Shown in pieces: positions 7,932 through 17,007 of a DNA stretch of 64,000 nt. The notes below the pieces were generated by a model that saw only the letters and a list, made by a program, of their open reading frames with translations, was not told the origin of the DNA and did no database searches. A program made the translations under genes and the position numbers. Positions within the stretch are counted from its first letter, which is position 1. Each line of letters opens with the position of its first letter. The DNA is from Treponemataceae bacterium (GTDB lineage: Bacteria; Bacillota; Clostridia; Lachnospirales; Lachnospiraceae): assembly GCA_963599255.1 (NCBI GenBank), contig CAVBWS010000002.1, positions 6,578-70,577 of the forward strand, given 5' to 3'.

Positions 7932-9232
7932 GTGTCCTTGAAACCTCCTCCCTGAGATGAATTAACAATAAATGAATCCGGATTTCTGGAGAAACGGGTA
8001 AGACCGCTCTTCCATACTATCTGGTCATCCGCGCTTAAAACAAATGCTCTTAAGTCTGCCTTCCTATCTACTAATTGGCCGTTATCCATGATCGGGATGT
8101 CGCAGAAATCCACAACCTCCTGAGCTATGAACCTTCTAGGCTCAGCCTTAACCATGGCCTTGAACTGTTCTCTTTCTTCAGAACTCATCTTACTGCCAAA
8201 TACAACGCCATAGCCTCCGGCCTCTGCCACATCCTTGATAACCAGGGTATCGAATCTGTCCATAACATACTTCATGTCCTCCTCATAGAACGGCAGATAT
8301 GTAGGCGCATTGTGAAGAATTGCTTCCTCTCCCAGGTAGTATTTGATCATCTTAGGAACGAAATAATATATGCCCTTATCATCAGCAATGCCATTGCCCG
8401 GCGCATTGATAAGCGCAACATTGCCCTTGCGGTAAACATCAAATATATGAGGTATTCCTATTACCGACTCATGGTTAAATGTAATAGGATCCAGATATTC
8501 ATCAGAAATCCTGCGATATACAGCTCCGACCTTCTCTCTCTTGCCTGCATATCCCTTCATATACAGATAATCGCCATCAACCTCCAGATCGTTATATGTA
8601 ACAAGAGGTACACCCATCTTCTCGGCAAAATATGAATGTTCAAAATACGCCGCATTGTAACGGCCAGGTGTCATAACAACATTCAGACCGCCGGTATTGG
8701 CATAATTCATGGTTGCCTTGAGAAGTTCAGCATAATTTCTGTTGTCTGCGATTGTTTGTTTACTAAAAGTTCTCGGGCTGGCCTTACGGCACAGATCTCT
8801 GGCGATCATAGGATATGATGCACCGGAAGGTACCCGGAGATTGTCTTCAAGAATGTACCATACTCCATCCTTACCTAATACCAAGTCAATTCCCGATATG
8901 TGAGAATAAACCTCCTTAGGTGGGATCACTCCCTCGCATGGTGCCAGGTATCCGCTGGCCGCATAAACAAAATCCTCAGGGACCACACCGTCTCTGATGA
9001 TCTTCTTGTCATTGTAAACATCCTTGATGAAAAGATTAAGAGCCTTAACTCTCTGTTTGAGTCCTCGCTCCAGATAATCGAATTCCGATTTGCCGATTAT
9101 CCTCGGAACTGCGTCGAAAGGGAACAACTGCTCTTTGAAGGTTCCATTCTTGTAGATTCCGAACTTGACACCATATCTTGCAAGCAATTCATTAATGGCG
9201 TCAGCGCTGCCCAGCAGATCATAATTTTCCAT
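7913..9232 (-). CDS. Circularly permuted type-2 ATP-grasp protein (DUF404/DUF407-like amidoligase)
   Basis: About 440 aa containing AVPRIIGKSEFDYLERGLKQRVKALNLF, VLEDNLRVPSGASY and RFSRNPDSFIVNSSQGGGFKDTW, typical of this family. The ATG at 9232 lies 8 nt after AGGAGG. Confidence 0.8.
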   Translation of the reverse strand: MENYDLLGSADAINELLARYGVKFGIYKNGTFKEQLFPFDAVPRIIGKSEFDYLERGLKQRVKALNLFIKDVYNDKKIIRDGVVPEDFVYAASGYLAPCEGVIPPKEVYSHISGIDLVLGKDGVWYILEDNLRVPSGASYPMIARDLCRKASPRTFSKQTIADNRNYAELLKATMNYANTGGLNVVMTPGRYNAAYFEHSYFAEKMGVPLVTYNDLEVDGDYLYMKGYAGKREKVGAVYRRISDEYLDPITFNHESVIGIPHIFDVYRKGNVALINAPGNGIADDKGIYYFVPKMIKYYLGEEAILHNAPTYLPFYEEDMKYVMDRFDTLVIKDVAEAGGYGVVFGSKMSSEEREQFKAMVKAEPRRFIAQEVVDFCDIPIMDNGQLVDRKADLRAFVLSADDQIVWKSGLTRFSRNPDSFIVNSSQGGGFKDTWILNQ

Positions 9233-9350
9233 CTGCATTTCCTCCTTCACTTATATCCCGCACAAGCAGGTTATTGTTATCCCCCTTAGATAATGAAAGT
9301 ATTATACACTTTTGTTTGAATTTTTAAATACCCAGTTTGTATACCAAAAT

Positions 9351-9381
9351 CCGGCAGATAAGCAATCCACCTATCTGCCGG
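9351..9381 (-). terminator. Intrinsic terminator downstream of dfx
   Basis: CCGGCAGATA-(11 nt)-TATCTGCCGG, a 10-bp perfect stem followed on the minus strand by ATTTTGG. Confidence 0.55.
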
Positions 9382-9437
9382 ATATTAAATCCTCTCAGCT
9401 ATCTTCCGCTGATAACATATATAATATTTCTGCTGCC

Positions 9438-9815
9438 TTATGCCTTCCACAAGCCATGCAGGTTGCAGTATGCATACACCGCCTCAACCTCGTCCCTCTC
9501 GCACAATGCGAAGCACGCCTGAGGCGCCTCCCCTACATTCAAGACCTTGCGTTGATTGCCCTGCTTAGTCTGCAGCGATATCCATTCAATATGATGCTCT
9601 GCTGCCATAGGATGCTCTGCTACCCCTACCTTTACGGTCACGGTGCTGCCCTCTACGGTATATACAGGGACATGCTTCTCATGAGATGCATCAACCGTTC
9701 CCGGGATCAGCTCCTTCATTGGTTCACCGCAGCAGATAACAGGAATACCGGATTCCTTAACATAAGCAATAATATTGCCGCATTTACTGCATCTGTAGAA
9801 ATGTTGTTCCATCAC
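9438..9815 (-). CDS. dfx: Desulfoferrodoxin (2Fe superoxide reductase)
   Basis: An N-terminal desulforedoxin CxxC...CC motif (YRCSKCGNI...VICCGEPM) plus the neelaredoxin-type centre (EKHVPV, HPM..EHHIEW, CNLHGLW). Confidence 0.85.
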   Translation of the reverse strand: MMEQHFYRCSKCGNIIAYVKESGIPVICCGEPMKELIPGTVDASHEKHVPVYTVEGSTVTVKVGVAEHPMAAEHHIEWISLQTKQGNQRKVLNVGEAPQACFALCERDEVEAVYAYCNLHGLWKA

Positions 9816-9934
9816 TTGCCTCCCTTCGAAAAATCATTAACTCAAACATAGCTCATTTATAACTATAATTTAAAATTCCAATTCGATAAGACAGACATTC
9901 GTCCCGGATAATTCTCAGTAGGATATTACAAATT

Positions 9935-12535
9935 TCAATGGCTTCTGTCAACCGCTATTATCCCTGACCCTGCGACGCTGCACACCAGCACGATAAGCAG
10001 GTATAAGGCAATTGCACTCACATTCTCAGCTTCAGCGATCAAATCCATGTTTCCGGTTACTATCAAGCCTAGTATGCACATTAATGCCATGGAAATTGCT
10101 ATTGTAATGATCATCTGAATAATGAATATCAGGATAATATCCCGGAAGCATAATCCATTCATCCTATACAGTATATAATTTTCACGATTGGTTTTTGTTT
10201 TCGTGATCATCTGCAGCAGGACACTGATGCATCCCAGTACAATAACAAGATATTTAAGCAGCGTGCATGCCATAGATACCAGCAGATTCAATTCATGATA
10301 ACTTACCAGTTGGGATGATATATCGCGTAATGTCATATTAGGATATTCTGATGCCAGATTATTAATTTCCGTTCTGAGGCTGTCCATATCCGCATCCTCT
10401 TCTGCAAATATCCTTACTCTCGTATATGTTGAATCTATATCCAGCGTATCGAAGGCTCCACATGATGTTATCAATGCATATGTCCTAGGCTGAAATTGCA
10501 CCTCATCCGTTCTATCAAACCAGCCGGCATGGCTTCTGATCATGGCGCCTATTCTGACAGTATGGTCATGTCGTTCGATCAGATTTCGCGCCTCCGCTTC
10601 ATTTATTCCCGAATTTATTTCAGTAAGAACTCTATACTCTGAGACAGTGATCTCATCTCCCACATGAAACAGTGTATCATTGATGGCATTCTCATCCGTA
10701 TAATTTACATAACCTATACCTCTGCTCGGCGGCTCTCCGTCCCTGCTAACACCATATTCTTCATATATGCAGGCAGGAACCACCATTATTATCTCTTCAC
10801 CGCTGTTAAGTTTTTCTATATCAATGGTCCCTTCTGTTACATATTCACTGAGAAATTGCATATCACTGGCCGGGTATCCCTTCATAACAGTTTGTATTAT
10901 CGTATTATTCTGATATCCTACTATCCGAAGCAGCTCATCATGGCCCGACACAAACCTCTGTCTGCCAAGTGTATTAATACTGTATTGGCCGTCAAGATAT
11001 GTATCAGAAATATCCAGATACTCATCGAAGCTGTCCGCATCTTTCAGAAGCAATATTTTATCCGTTATTTTATATGCATTGACCTGCCCTACGCCCTCCG
11101 TCTCTGCAAATTTCTGCAGATCATCTGCCGCAATTCCATTTTTCTCATATGTATATATATAACTGATATCTCCTTCCTCTGTACCATCATATGATTTGTT
11201 CTTCGCCAGTAATTCAAAATCATAATTCATAGGCATCTCACCGTCGTATCCGCCCGCATAGGCGGTCTGTGCGCTAAAATTCTTAATGTAATTATTAATA
11301 TAGATCACGAAGAATGCAGAAATAACAATAATAAGGATCGTAAGTATGAAGGCCTTGGGAACGGTTTTATATTCCAGAAATGCCAGCCTCATATACCCTG
11401 TCTTATGAGCCCTGTGGCGAATGCGATTTTCTTTTATTTTATTGTCCTTCAATCTGAAGATCAGATTGCCGACAACAAAAACTATAACGGCATTTGCAAG
11501 AATGATCATAAGTATATTGAGAATGTCAACCTGTATATCAATGCTTCGCTCCAGTCTGTCTCCCAGGCTCCTTACCGCCAAAACCGTGCCTGCCATACCT
11601 AGCATCAGTCCCACAGCATTACCGATGATGAGATATATTCCCAGCTCCAGATTATAATATTTTCTGGCCCGCCCCCATTCTATCCCCAGCATCCACATGA
11701 AGCGGTATCTTCTTATAATAGAACGACAACTAAATATCATGGTACCCAGCAGCAGGAATGCACATACAACCCCCGATATTGCAAGAAAGCTCTGCGGAGT
11801 ATCGAAGCTGCTATTTTGAAGCTGCGCATTTTTCCAATTATAGTTTTCATACATGCCATCTCCGTCAGATATACCAGCCGTCACGCCATCACTCGACAGC
11901 AAGAACAAACAGATGTTCACTCCTGTCTTAGCTCTTAAATCCTCCATATCAGAACTGTCTACGAACACATCTATATTGTCCAATGACATGTCATTTTGTT
12001 TCTTTCCTCTAGGCCACAATCTTCCATAGTCAGCCACCACACCTGCCACATCAATTTCATATCCCAGTGCATCTTCGATATCCTGGATGTATTCCATTGC
12101 CGATTCCGTAACCGCTATCTCTCCGGATTTCTCCGGCAAATGTCCTGAGACTAACCTGATTCCGCTTAATCTGACTCCTTCCTCGTCAGCATACCCGGCA
12201 TGGAATATATTCTCACCGCCGGATATTATACCCGCAATGTTCATTCTTCCAATGTCAGTGAATGAAGCTTCACTTTCTATCCGATTAATTTCATTCTGAA
12301 CATCCTCTGATGAAGAACTCAGGTCAGCATAAAATATATAATCAAACCCTCCATAAACCTCCGCCACTGATTCTGTCACCGACTGCAATATACTGCGAGA
12401 TGAATTAAGAAGGACAGATGGCATAATAACAAAAACCGCTATACACAAAATTATAAGCAGCGCCGAAGGATTATGTTGGAAGGTACTCTTTAGAACTGCC
12501 TTAAGCAGTCCCCATCTGTTTTCTTTCATTTTCAT
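9935..12535 (-). CDS. Large FtsX-family ABC transporter permease (BceB/MacB-like, two FtsX modules)
   Basis: About 866 aa with many TM segments and two large extracytoplasmic regions. The ATGA start overlaps the stop of the upstream ATPase (ATG at 12535). Confidence 0.75.
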   Translation of the reverse strand: MKMKENRWGLLKAVLKSTFQHNPSALLIILCIAVFVIMPSVLLNSSRSILQSVTESVAEVYGGFDYIFYADLSSSSEDVQNEINRIESEASFTDIGRMNIAGIISGGENIFHAGYADEEGVRLSGIRLVSGHLPEKSGEIAVTESAMEYIQDIEDALGYEIDVAGVVADYGRLWPRGKKQNDMSLDNIDVFVDSSDMEDLRAKTGVNICLFLLSSDGVTAGISDGDGMYENYNWKNAQLQNSSFDTPQSFLAISGVVCAFLLLGTMIFSCRSIIRRYRFMWMLGIEWGRARKYYNLELGIYLIIGNAVGLMLGMAGTVLAVRSLGDRLERSIDIQVDILNILMIILANAVIVFVVGNLIFRLKDNKIKENRIRHRAHKTGYMRLAFLEYKTVPKAFILTILIIVISAFFVIYINNYIKNFSAQTAYAGGYDGEMPMNYDFELLAKNKSYDGTEEGDISYIYTYEKNGIAADDLQKFAETEGVGQVNAYKITDKILLLKDADSFDEYLDISDTYLDGQYSINTLGRQRFVSGHDELLRIVGYQNNTIIQTVMKGYPASDMQFLSEYVTEGTIDIEKLNSGEEIIMVVPACIYEEYGVSRDGEPPSRGIGYVNYTDENAINDTLFHVGDEITVSEYRVLTEINSGINEAEARNLIERHDHTVRIGAMIRSHAGWFDRTDEVQFQPRTYALITSCGAFDTLDIDSTYTRVRIFAEEDADMDSLRTEINNLASEYPNMTLRDISSQLVSYHELNLLVSMACTLLKYLVIVLGCISVLLQMITKTKTNRENYILYRMNGLCFRDIILIFIIQMIITIAISMALMCILGLIVTGNMDLIAEAENVSAIALYLLIVLVCSVAGSGIIAVDRSH

Positions 12536-13233
12536 ATTTCCTCTAATCTTCCGTCGCACATTTCATATGTCCGACTTGCATACTCAAGCCATGCCATGTC
12601 GTGCGTTACTATCAGATACGTCTGCCCGAAGTCCTGATTAGTCTTTTTAATATATTTCATCAGTTCCTTGCTCATCTTAGAGTCGATATTTCCATTAGGC
12701 TCATCAGCAAGTATGATCGAAGGCCGCTTAATAAGTGCCCTGGCGATCGCCGTCCTCTGCCTCTCTCCGCCTGACAGCTGAGATGGAAAAAAATTCAGCC
12801 TGTCCTTGAGCAGCAACAGCTGAATAATCTGTTTTTCATATTCTAAATCGTATTTTCTGCCTGCAATATCGAAGGGGAGCCTGATATTTTCAAGTACGTT
12901 CAGCTCTTTTATAAGATTAAATTCCTGATATACATAACCGATTTTATTGTTGCGGATCTTAGCACGCCTGCTGTCACTTATTCCCAGGAGTCCTATCGCG
13001 CCCTGATTATCTGAATACATTGTCTCCCCATCTATTATCACGCTGCCGCTGTCAGGCTTCAGTAAGCCGCCTATAACATTCATAAGAGTGCTCTTTCCGG
13101 ATCCGCTTCGTCCTATCAGCACGCATATATCTCCTTGATTGATATTCAGATTTATATTGTCCAGTGCGCGGACCGTATAATTTTTAGTTTTGAATTCTTT
13201 CGATAGATTTTCCACTGTTATTATCGGTCTCAT
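12532..13233 (-). CDS. ABC transporter ATP-binding protein
   Basis: Walker A GRSGSGKST, signature LSGGERQR, Walker B IILADEPNGNID. Confidence 0.9.
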   Translation of the reverse strand: MRPIITVENLSKEFKTKNYTVRALDNINLNINQGDICVLIGRSGSGKSTLMNVIGGLLKPDSGSVIIDGETMYSDNQGAIGLLGISDSRRAKIRNNKIGYVYQEFNLIKELNVLENIRLPFDIAGRKYDLEYEKQIIQLLLLKDRLNFFPSQLSGGERQRTAIARALIKRPSIILADEPNGNIDSKMSKELMKYIKKTNQDFGQTYLIVTHDMAWLEYASRTYEMCDGRLEEI

Positions 13234-13277
13234 CCCGTCCCCCCTCTCGTGTAAAGTTGATGTTTGTAATTTTCAAA

Positions 13278-13304
13278 ATGGGCGGCAGCATAGCTGCCAC
13301 CCAT
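13278..13304 (-). terminator. Hairpin between the small secreted-protein gene and the ABC genes (partial terminator or attenuator)
   Basis: On the minus strand: ATGGGTGGCAGC-tat-GCTGCCGCCCAT followed by TTTGAAAATT. Confidence 0.5.
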
Positions 13305-13317
13305 TTATTCAGACTAT

Positions 13318-13680
13318 TTAATAGTAAACTGTTTTGGTCGACTGTTTTGACCAATTTGCATAATTAATAATCGATGCGTAGCCATGGCTGTTCGTCCTAC
13401 CAATGTAAACATATTGACCTAACGCTTGTCCGGCACTTACGCCAGTAATATAATCATAGTATCCATATTTCCAGCCATAGGTATAGTCAAAATTACTAGG
13501 ATCTATTCCCAGCATATTTTCATAGGCACTAGACCATACGTAATCCACAGCGTAGTTTCCAGTTGTAGATACAGAATTACTCAAAGTGCCATATGAAGAC
13601 GTTGCTAGCGCAGTAAATGAAAATCCAGCTATTACCGCCATACACACAATACATAAAATAATGCTTTTTGACTTTTTCAT
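13318..13680 (-). CDS. Small secreted Tyr/Gly/Ser-rich protein; candidate bacteriocin-like or signalling peptide
   Basis: 120 aa with a strong RBS (GGAGGAGG). The Sec signal MKKSKSIILCIVCMAVIAGFSFTALA precedes a mature part of about 92-94 aa with 16 Tyr. It is followed by a dedicated ABC ATPase and permease and is divergent from a LytTR two-component system. Confidence 0.6.
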   Translation of the reverse strand: MKKSKSIILCIVCMAVIAGFSFTALATSSYGTLSNSVSTTGNYAVDYVWSSAYENMLGIDPSNFDYTYGWKYGYYDYITGVSAGQALGQYVYIGRTNSHGYASIINYANWSKQSTKTVYY

Positions 13681-13738
13681 GTCTTACCTCCTCCTGTCTA
13701 CTAAATTCTTAACTATGTTACCACCTCGAGGCATTTTG

Positions 13739-13767
13739 AATATATCAGGTCCATATTTAGCGTGCAA
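13739..13767 (-). promoter_or_regulatory. Promoter candidate for the small secreted-protein operon
   Basis: On the minus strand: TTGCAC (13767..13762), a 17-nt spacer, then TATATT (13744..13739). Confidence 0.4.
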
Positions 13768-13778
13768 CCAGATTTGAC

Positions 13779-13809
13779 TGAGCGTTAAAAAATAGGCTAT
13801 GAGCGTTGA
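13779..13809. promoter_or_regulatory. Pair of direct repeats TGAGCGTT(A/G)A with 21-bp phasing; candidate LytTR response-regulator site
   Basis: GAGCGTTAA lies at 13780..13788 and GAGCGTTGA at 13801..13809, giving 9-bp repeats with a 12-bp spacer. The pair sits 12 bp upstream of the -35 of the minus-strand promoter. Confidence 0.45.
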
Positions 13810-13930
13810 GTTTTATGATGAAAAAGGTGATTTTGCAGATATTGCACAGATTATTCTTGTATATTTCATGTTTCTTTGTTAACATTTTCACATTGGATTG
13901 AATGACTTGATTTTTTGAAAGGATTAAACC

Positions 13931-14671
13931 ATGCTCTCAATTGTAGTTTGTGATGACGATGTCAACTTTATCAACTATGTTTTAAAGCCAGCTTTTGACG
14001 AACTACTGGAGCATAATTCAGCCCGATTCACTGTTCAATATTTCAACAATCCGCTGCAAGTTCTTGAGTTTTTTAAAGCAGGCAGCAGCCCTGACATTCT
14101 ATTTCTTGATATAGAAATGCCTGACATGAACGGTAAGGTTCTGGCCGGAAAACTGCGTGCAATTGACAGATCATTCTCACTGGTATTCATTTCATCATAT
14201 GAAAAAGAGGTATTCGATTCCTTTAAATACCAGACAACGGATTTTATTCCCAAGAACCTGATTGAAGAGCCCTACAGTTTAAGGTTGCTGCAGATCATGC
14301 AGCGGCATTCTTCAATGCAGCTGCCTGCTGAACCAATTGAAATCATTGATAAATCAGGTCAGCTTATGCAGCAGAAATTTTTGGTGAATAATATCCTGGG
14401 GTTCTATATGAAAAATCGTTCCATATACCTAATGACATATTCCGAGGAATTCGAACTGGTTGAAAAGACATTTAAAAAAATAGAAGACTCTTATCTTCCT
14501 CGAGGATTTGCAGTGTCTCACAGAAATTATCTCATTAATGTAAGCCATATCAAGGCATTTAGATGTGACGAGTTATTGCTTGATAATGGAAAAAACGTCC
14601 CAGTAAGTGTGCGGTGTTTAAAGCCGCTGCGCGATGCATTCAACAAATACCTGGCAAATGGAGCTATATAA
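13931..14671 (+). CDS. LytTR-family two-component response regulator
   Basis: Receiver motifs VVCDDD and LFLDIEMPDMNG. The C-terminal LytTR domain contains HRNYLINVSHIKAF. Confidence 0.9.
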   Translation: MLSIVVCDDDVNFINYVLKPAFDELLEHNSARFTVQYFNNPLQVLEFFKAGSSPDILFLDIEMPDMNGKVLAGKLRAIDRSFSLVFISSYEKEVFDSFKYQTTDFIPKNLIEEPYSLRLLQIMQRHSSMQLPAEPIEIIDKSGQLMQQKFLVNNILGFYMKNRSIYLMTYSEEFELVEKTFKKIEDSYLPRGFAVSHRNYLINVSHIKAFRCDELLLDNGKNVPVSVRCLKPLRDAFNKYLANGAI

Positions 14672-14672
14672 T

Positions 14673-16007
14673 ATGACTCTTAATCTGATCATCGAAGTCG
14701 CTTCTTATCTGATTGAAAATGCATTCTTCTTTTTCATCTTAGATAGATTATTTCAAAGACGCTATAATGTTATTACCACAATAGCTGCCATACTCACAAA
14801 AACTATTGCAGACACCTTGGCTTTTAATCTGCCAATCTGGCTGAGAGCGCCTATTTCTGTTATTGTATGCATACTATTATGCATTGCTGTGTATACTATG
14901 AAGCCATACATTGCCAGTGCCCTGTGCATTATGTTCGGCTATATTGTGTGTATTGTAAATCTTCTTGTCGGAATTTTGCTTTCTGTGTGTTTTAACAAGT
15001 ATATTCTTGTTATTCTCCGCGGCAACTCTTCGCAGCATATTATTTCACATATTTTAATAGAGGTTGCAGTTATAGGAATACTATTCTATTTTGCCGGTAT
15101 CTCGAAGAAGTTTTCATTAGAATATGGTCTTCAGTTTTGGAAAATATTCAACTTTCTGATGTTCACATTCTTTATTATTTCTGTAATGTTTTTGACTGCA
15201 TATCCAGTCACATCTCCTTCGTCCATTGCAGCACGCATATATATTTTCACCACTGTGATATTTTTTGTTCTTACAATGGTAATCATACAGCTTTCTATTG
15301 TGATATCAGACAAACTTCGGCAGGCTGACAAACTGCGTACAATAAGAGATACTTTTGAAAATCTTGAAGAGGCCTATTATGTCCAACTTGATGCCATCAC
15401 TGCAACGAGGAAGATGCGTCATGATATGAAGGCTCACCTATCAGCAGTCACAGCACTCCTACGGCAAAACGAAATTGAAGAAGCTATATCCATGATGGAT
15501 GAGCTCAATACCCATCTGGAACTGCCGTCAGCTAAAATTGAAAAATTGACAGGAAATATCTATATTGACATTATACTGACCAATAAGCTGGCCATGTTCA
15601 GGCAGCATGACATTAACTTCGAATACGAACTGGATTCTCTCAATGATGTTCACATAGAAAATATAGATATCACATCCGTTGTTTCAAATCTATTGGACAA
15701 TGCTTATGAAGCTGCTTCTGTTTCCAAAAAGAAGTATATCAGATTTCAGCTCATGGACTACGATTCACATGTCTTCATCCGCACTCTTAACAGTTATGCT
15801 ACAGAACCTATCGCAAGTTCTGTCCGTGGTCATATATTAAACTCTACGAAAAAGGATTCTGGTGTCCACGGTCTCGGAATGGAGATTATCCGCGATCTGG
15901 CTGATAAATATAACGGCAGTTTTATCTGGGAGATACACGACGGTTTGTTCGATGCCTATGTCACTATGGCCAAGGATGTTTATTATCCCGATGAGTCAGC
16001 TAAATAG
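14673..16007 (+). CDS. Polytopic GHKL sensor histidine kinase (AgrC/ComD-like partner of LytTR regulators)
   Basis: About 6 N-terminal TM helices, H-box RKMRHDMKAHL, ATPase motifs NLLDNAYEA and GVHGLGMEII. The ATG at 14673 lies 2 nt after the response-regulator stop. Confidence 0.8.
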   Translation: MTLNLIIEVASYLIENAFFFFILDRLFQRRYNVITTIAAILTKTIADTLAFNLPIWLRAPISVIVCILLCIAVYTMKPYIASALCIMFGYIVCIVNLLVGILLSVCFNKYILVILRGNSSQHIISHILIEVAVIGILFYFAGISKKFSLEYGLQFWKIFNFLMFTFFIISVMFLTAYPVTSPSSIAARIYIFTTVIFFVLTMVIIQLSIVISDKLRQADKLRTIRDTFENLEEAYYVQLDAITATRKMRHDMKAHLSAVTALLRQNEIEEAISMMDELNTHLELPSAKIEKLTGNIYIDIILTNKLAMFRQHDINFEYELDSLNDVHIENIDITSVVSNLLDNAYEAASVSKKKYIRFQLMDYDSHVFIRTLNSYATEPIASSVRGHILNSTKKDSGVHGLGMEIIRDLADKYNGSFIWEIHDGLFDAYVTMAKDVYYPDESAK

Positions 16008-16034
16008 GTATTACAGGAAAACAGATTCTGAATC

Positions 16035-16630
16035 TGTAGGAGGAAGTAGCGAATGAAACAATCCGCATTACAAAGGATCCTTATTATCTTTGGCATTCTG
16101 ATTGCAATATTTGCAATAATCAATCTGGCATGGCTGTTCATGATCAAGCTGCCGTATGAGCACTATTGTGAGCGAAGTGAACAATTCTGCACAAGCAGCA
16201 AATTCACTGCCATGAAAGAAGTTGAGATGTATTTTCATACGTATTATGACGACGAATTGGGATACGGCTATAAAATATATCAACCCGCTTATCTTAGATT
16301 CATTCCCCTAACATTGGCAATCGGGGATAATCGCCATGTTACTGCTACAATCAATACGGAAACTGGCGAGATAACAAATCTGGATGAACCGCTTCTAAGG
16401 ATAAGCATAATTAGAAATGCATGGGGACAGTGCAGCTATTCCATATCTTCCTTGAATGGAGATGGCAGTGGATATTCGGTAGAAATCAACAAAGACTTTG
16501 AAATTATTTCAGCATGGACTGATAAGGCGCATGATGAAATTCAAAAATTGATTGATAAAAATTATGAACATATTAATGAAATCATGGACTATGCAGCTGA
16601 GATGTGGAAACTGCCATGAAAATAGTGAAA
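16035..16630 (+). repeat. Copy 1 of a diverged ~0.6-kb direct duplication (period 1735 bp)
   Basis: It aligns with 17770..18365. The block 16109..16210 differs at only 3 of 102 positions from 17844..17945, while the flanks are much more diverged. Similarity ends a few codons after the ATGA junction at 16616. Confidence 0.8.
16053..16619 (+). CDS. Membrane-anchored protein of unknown function, paralog 1
   Basis: 188 aa with RBS GGAGGAAG. It has an N-terminal TM anchor ILIIFGILIAIFAIINLAWLFMI and a conserved C..C pair (YEHYCERSEQFC). Confidence 0.6.
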   Translation: MKQSALQRILIIFGILIAIFAIINLAWLFMIKLPYEHYCERSEQFCTSSKFTAMKEVEMYFHTYYDDELGYGYKIYQPAYLRFIPLTLAIGDNRHVTATINTETGEITNLDEPLLRISIIRNAWGQCSYSISSLNGDGSGYSVEINKDFEIISAWTDKAHDEIQKLIDKNYEHINEIMDYAAEMWKLP

Positions 16631-16725
16631 CACAACTTCCGTCGTTTCTCTCAAAATCCCGTACATAGTCATTAATAAGTGTGGTGAACGCAGAGATATT
16701 TTCAGTCCCGCAACGTTATTGTATA

Positions 16726-17007
16726 TTACTTTTCTCCAAAAAAATCTCCGCCGCCGAATTCTTTCCACACGCGATACATATCCAAATAATTTTCCTTTAT
16801 GAATTTAGATATGGCGTTGATCTCGATATTGGTTAGATCGCCTTTATTCTGGAGAACCGAACTACCATCAGCCTTAACGAAAAATTTAGCTGAGTTTGAC
16901 TCAGTTAGTTTTCTATCACTAGCATGGACATGCATTGCTTCAACGATACACTGTGAAGTAAAATAAAGATAGTGATCTGCAATCTTAAACGGATAATATT
17001 TAGGCAT
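16726..17007 (-). CDS. Small protein, possibly DUF4160-like
   Basis: 93 aa with RBS GGAGGT 6 nt upstream. The layout MPKYYPF...EAMHVHAS...ISKFIKENYLDMYRVWKEF resembles DUF4160 (MP start, H-x-H, C-terminal W). It overlaps the upstream gene by 8 nt. Confidence 0.45.
   Translation of the reverse strand: MPKYYPFKIADHYLYFTSQCIVEAMHVHASDRKLTESNSAKFFVKADGSSVLQNKGDLTNIEINAISKFIKENYLDMYRVWKEFGGGDFFGEK

Noticed and set aside
13799-13882. 27-codon ORF MSVEFYDEKGDFADIAQIILVYFMFLC in the intergenic region upstream of the LytTR two-component system, considered as a possible pheromone precursor.
   Set aside because: It has no Shine-Dalgarno sequence, no double-glycine or AgrD-like features and no processing gene. 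Its ATG lies inside the putative LytTR repeat. It would be worth revisiting only if ribosome profiling shows translation.
16616-16675. 19-codon ORF MKIVKHNFRRFSQNPVHSH after copy 1 of the duplicated gene.
   Set aside because: I interpret it as a relic of the duplicated start of the downstream permease gene (same ATGA junction, same first three codons), not as a functional gene.
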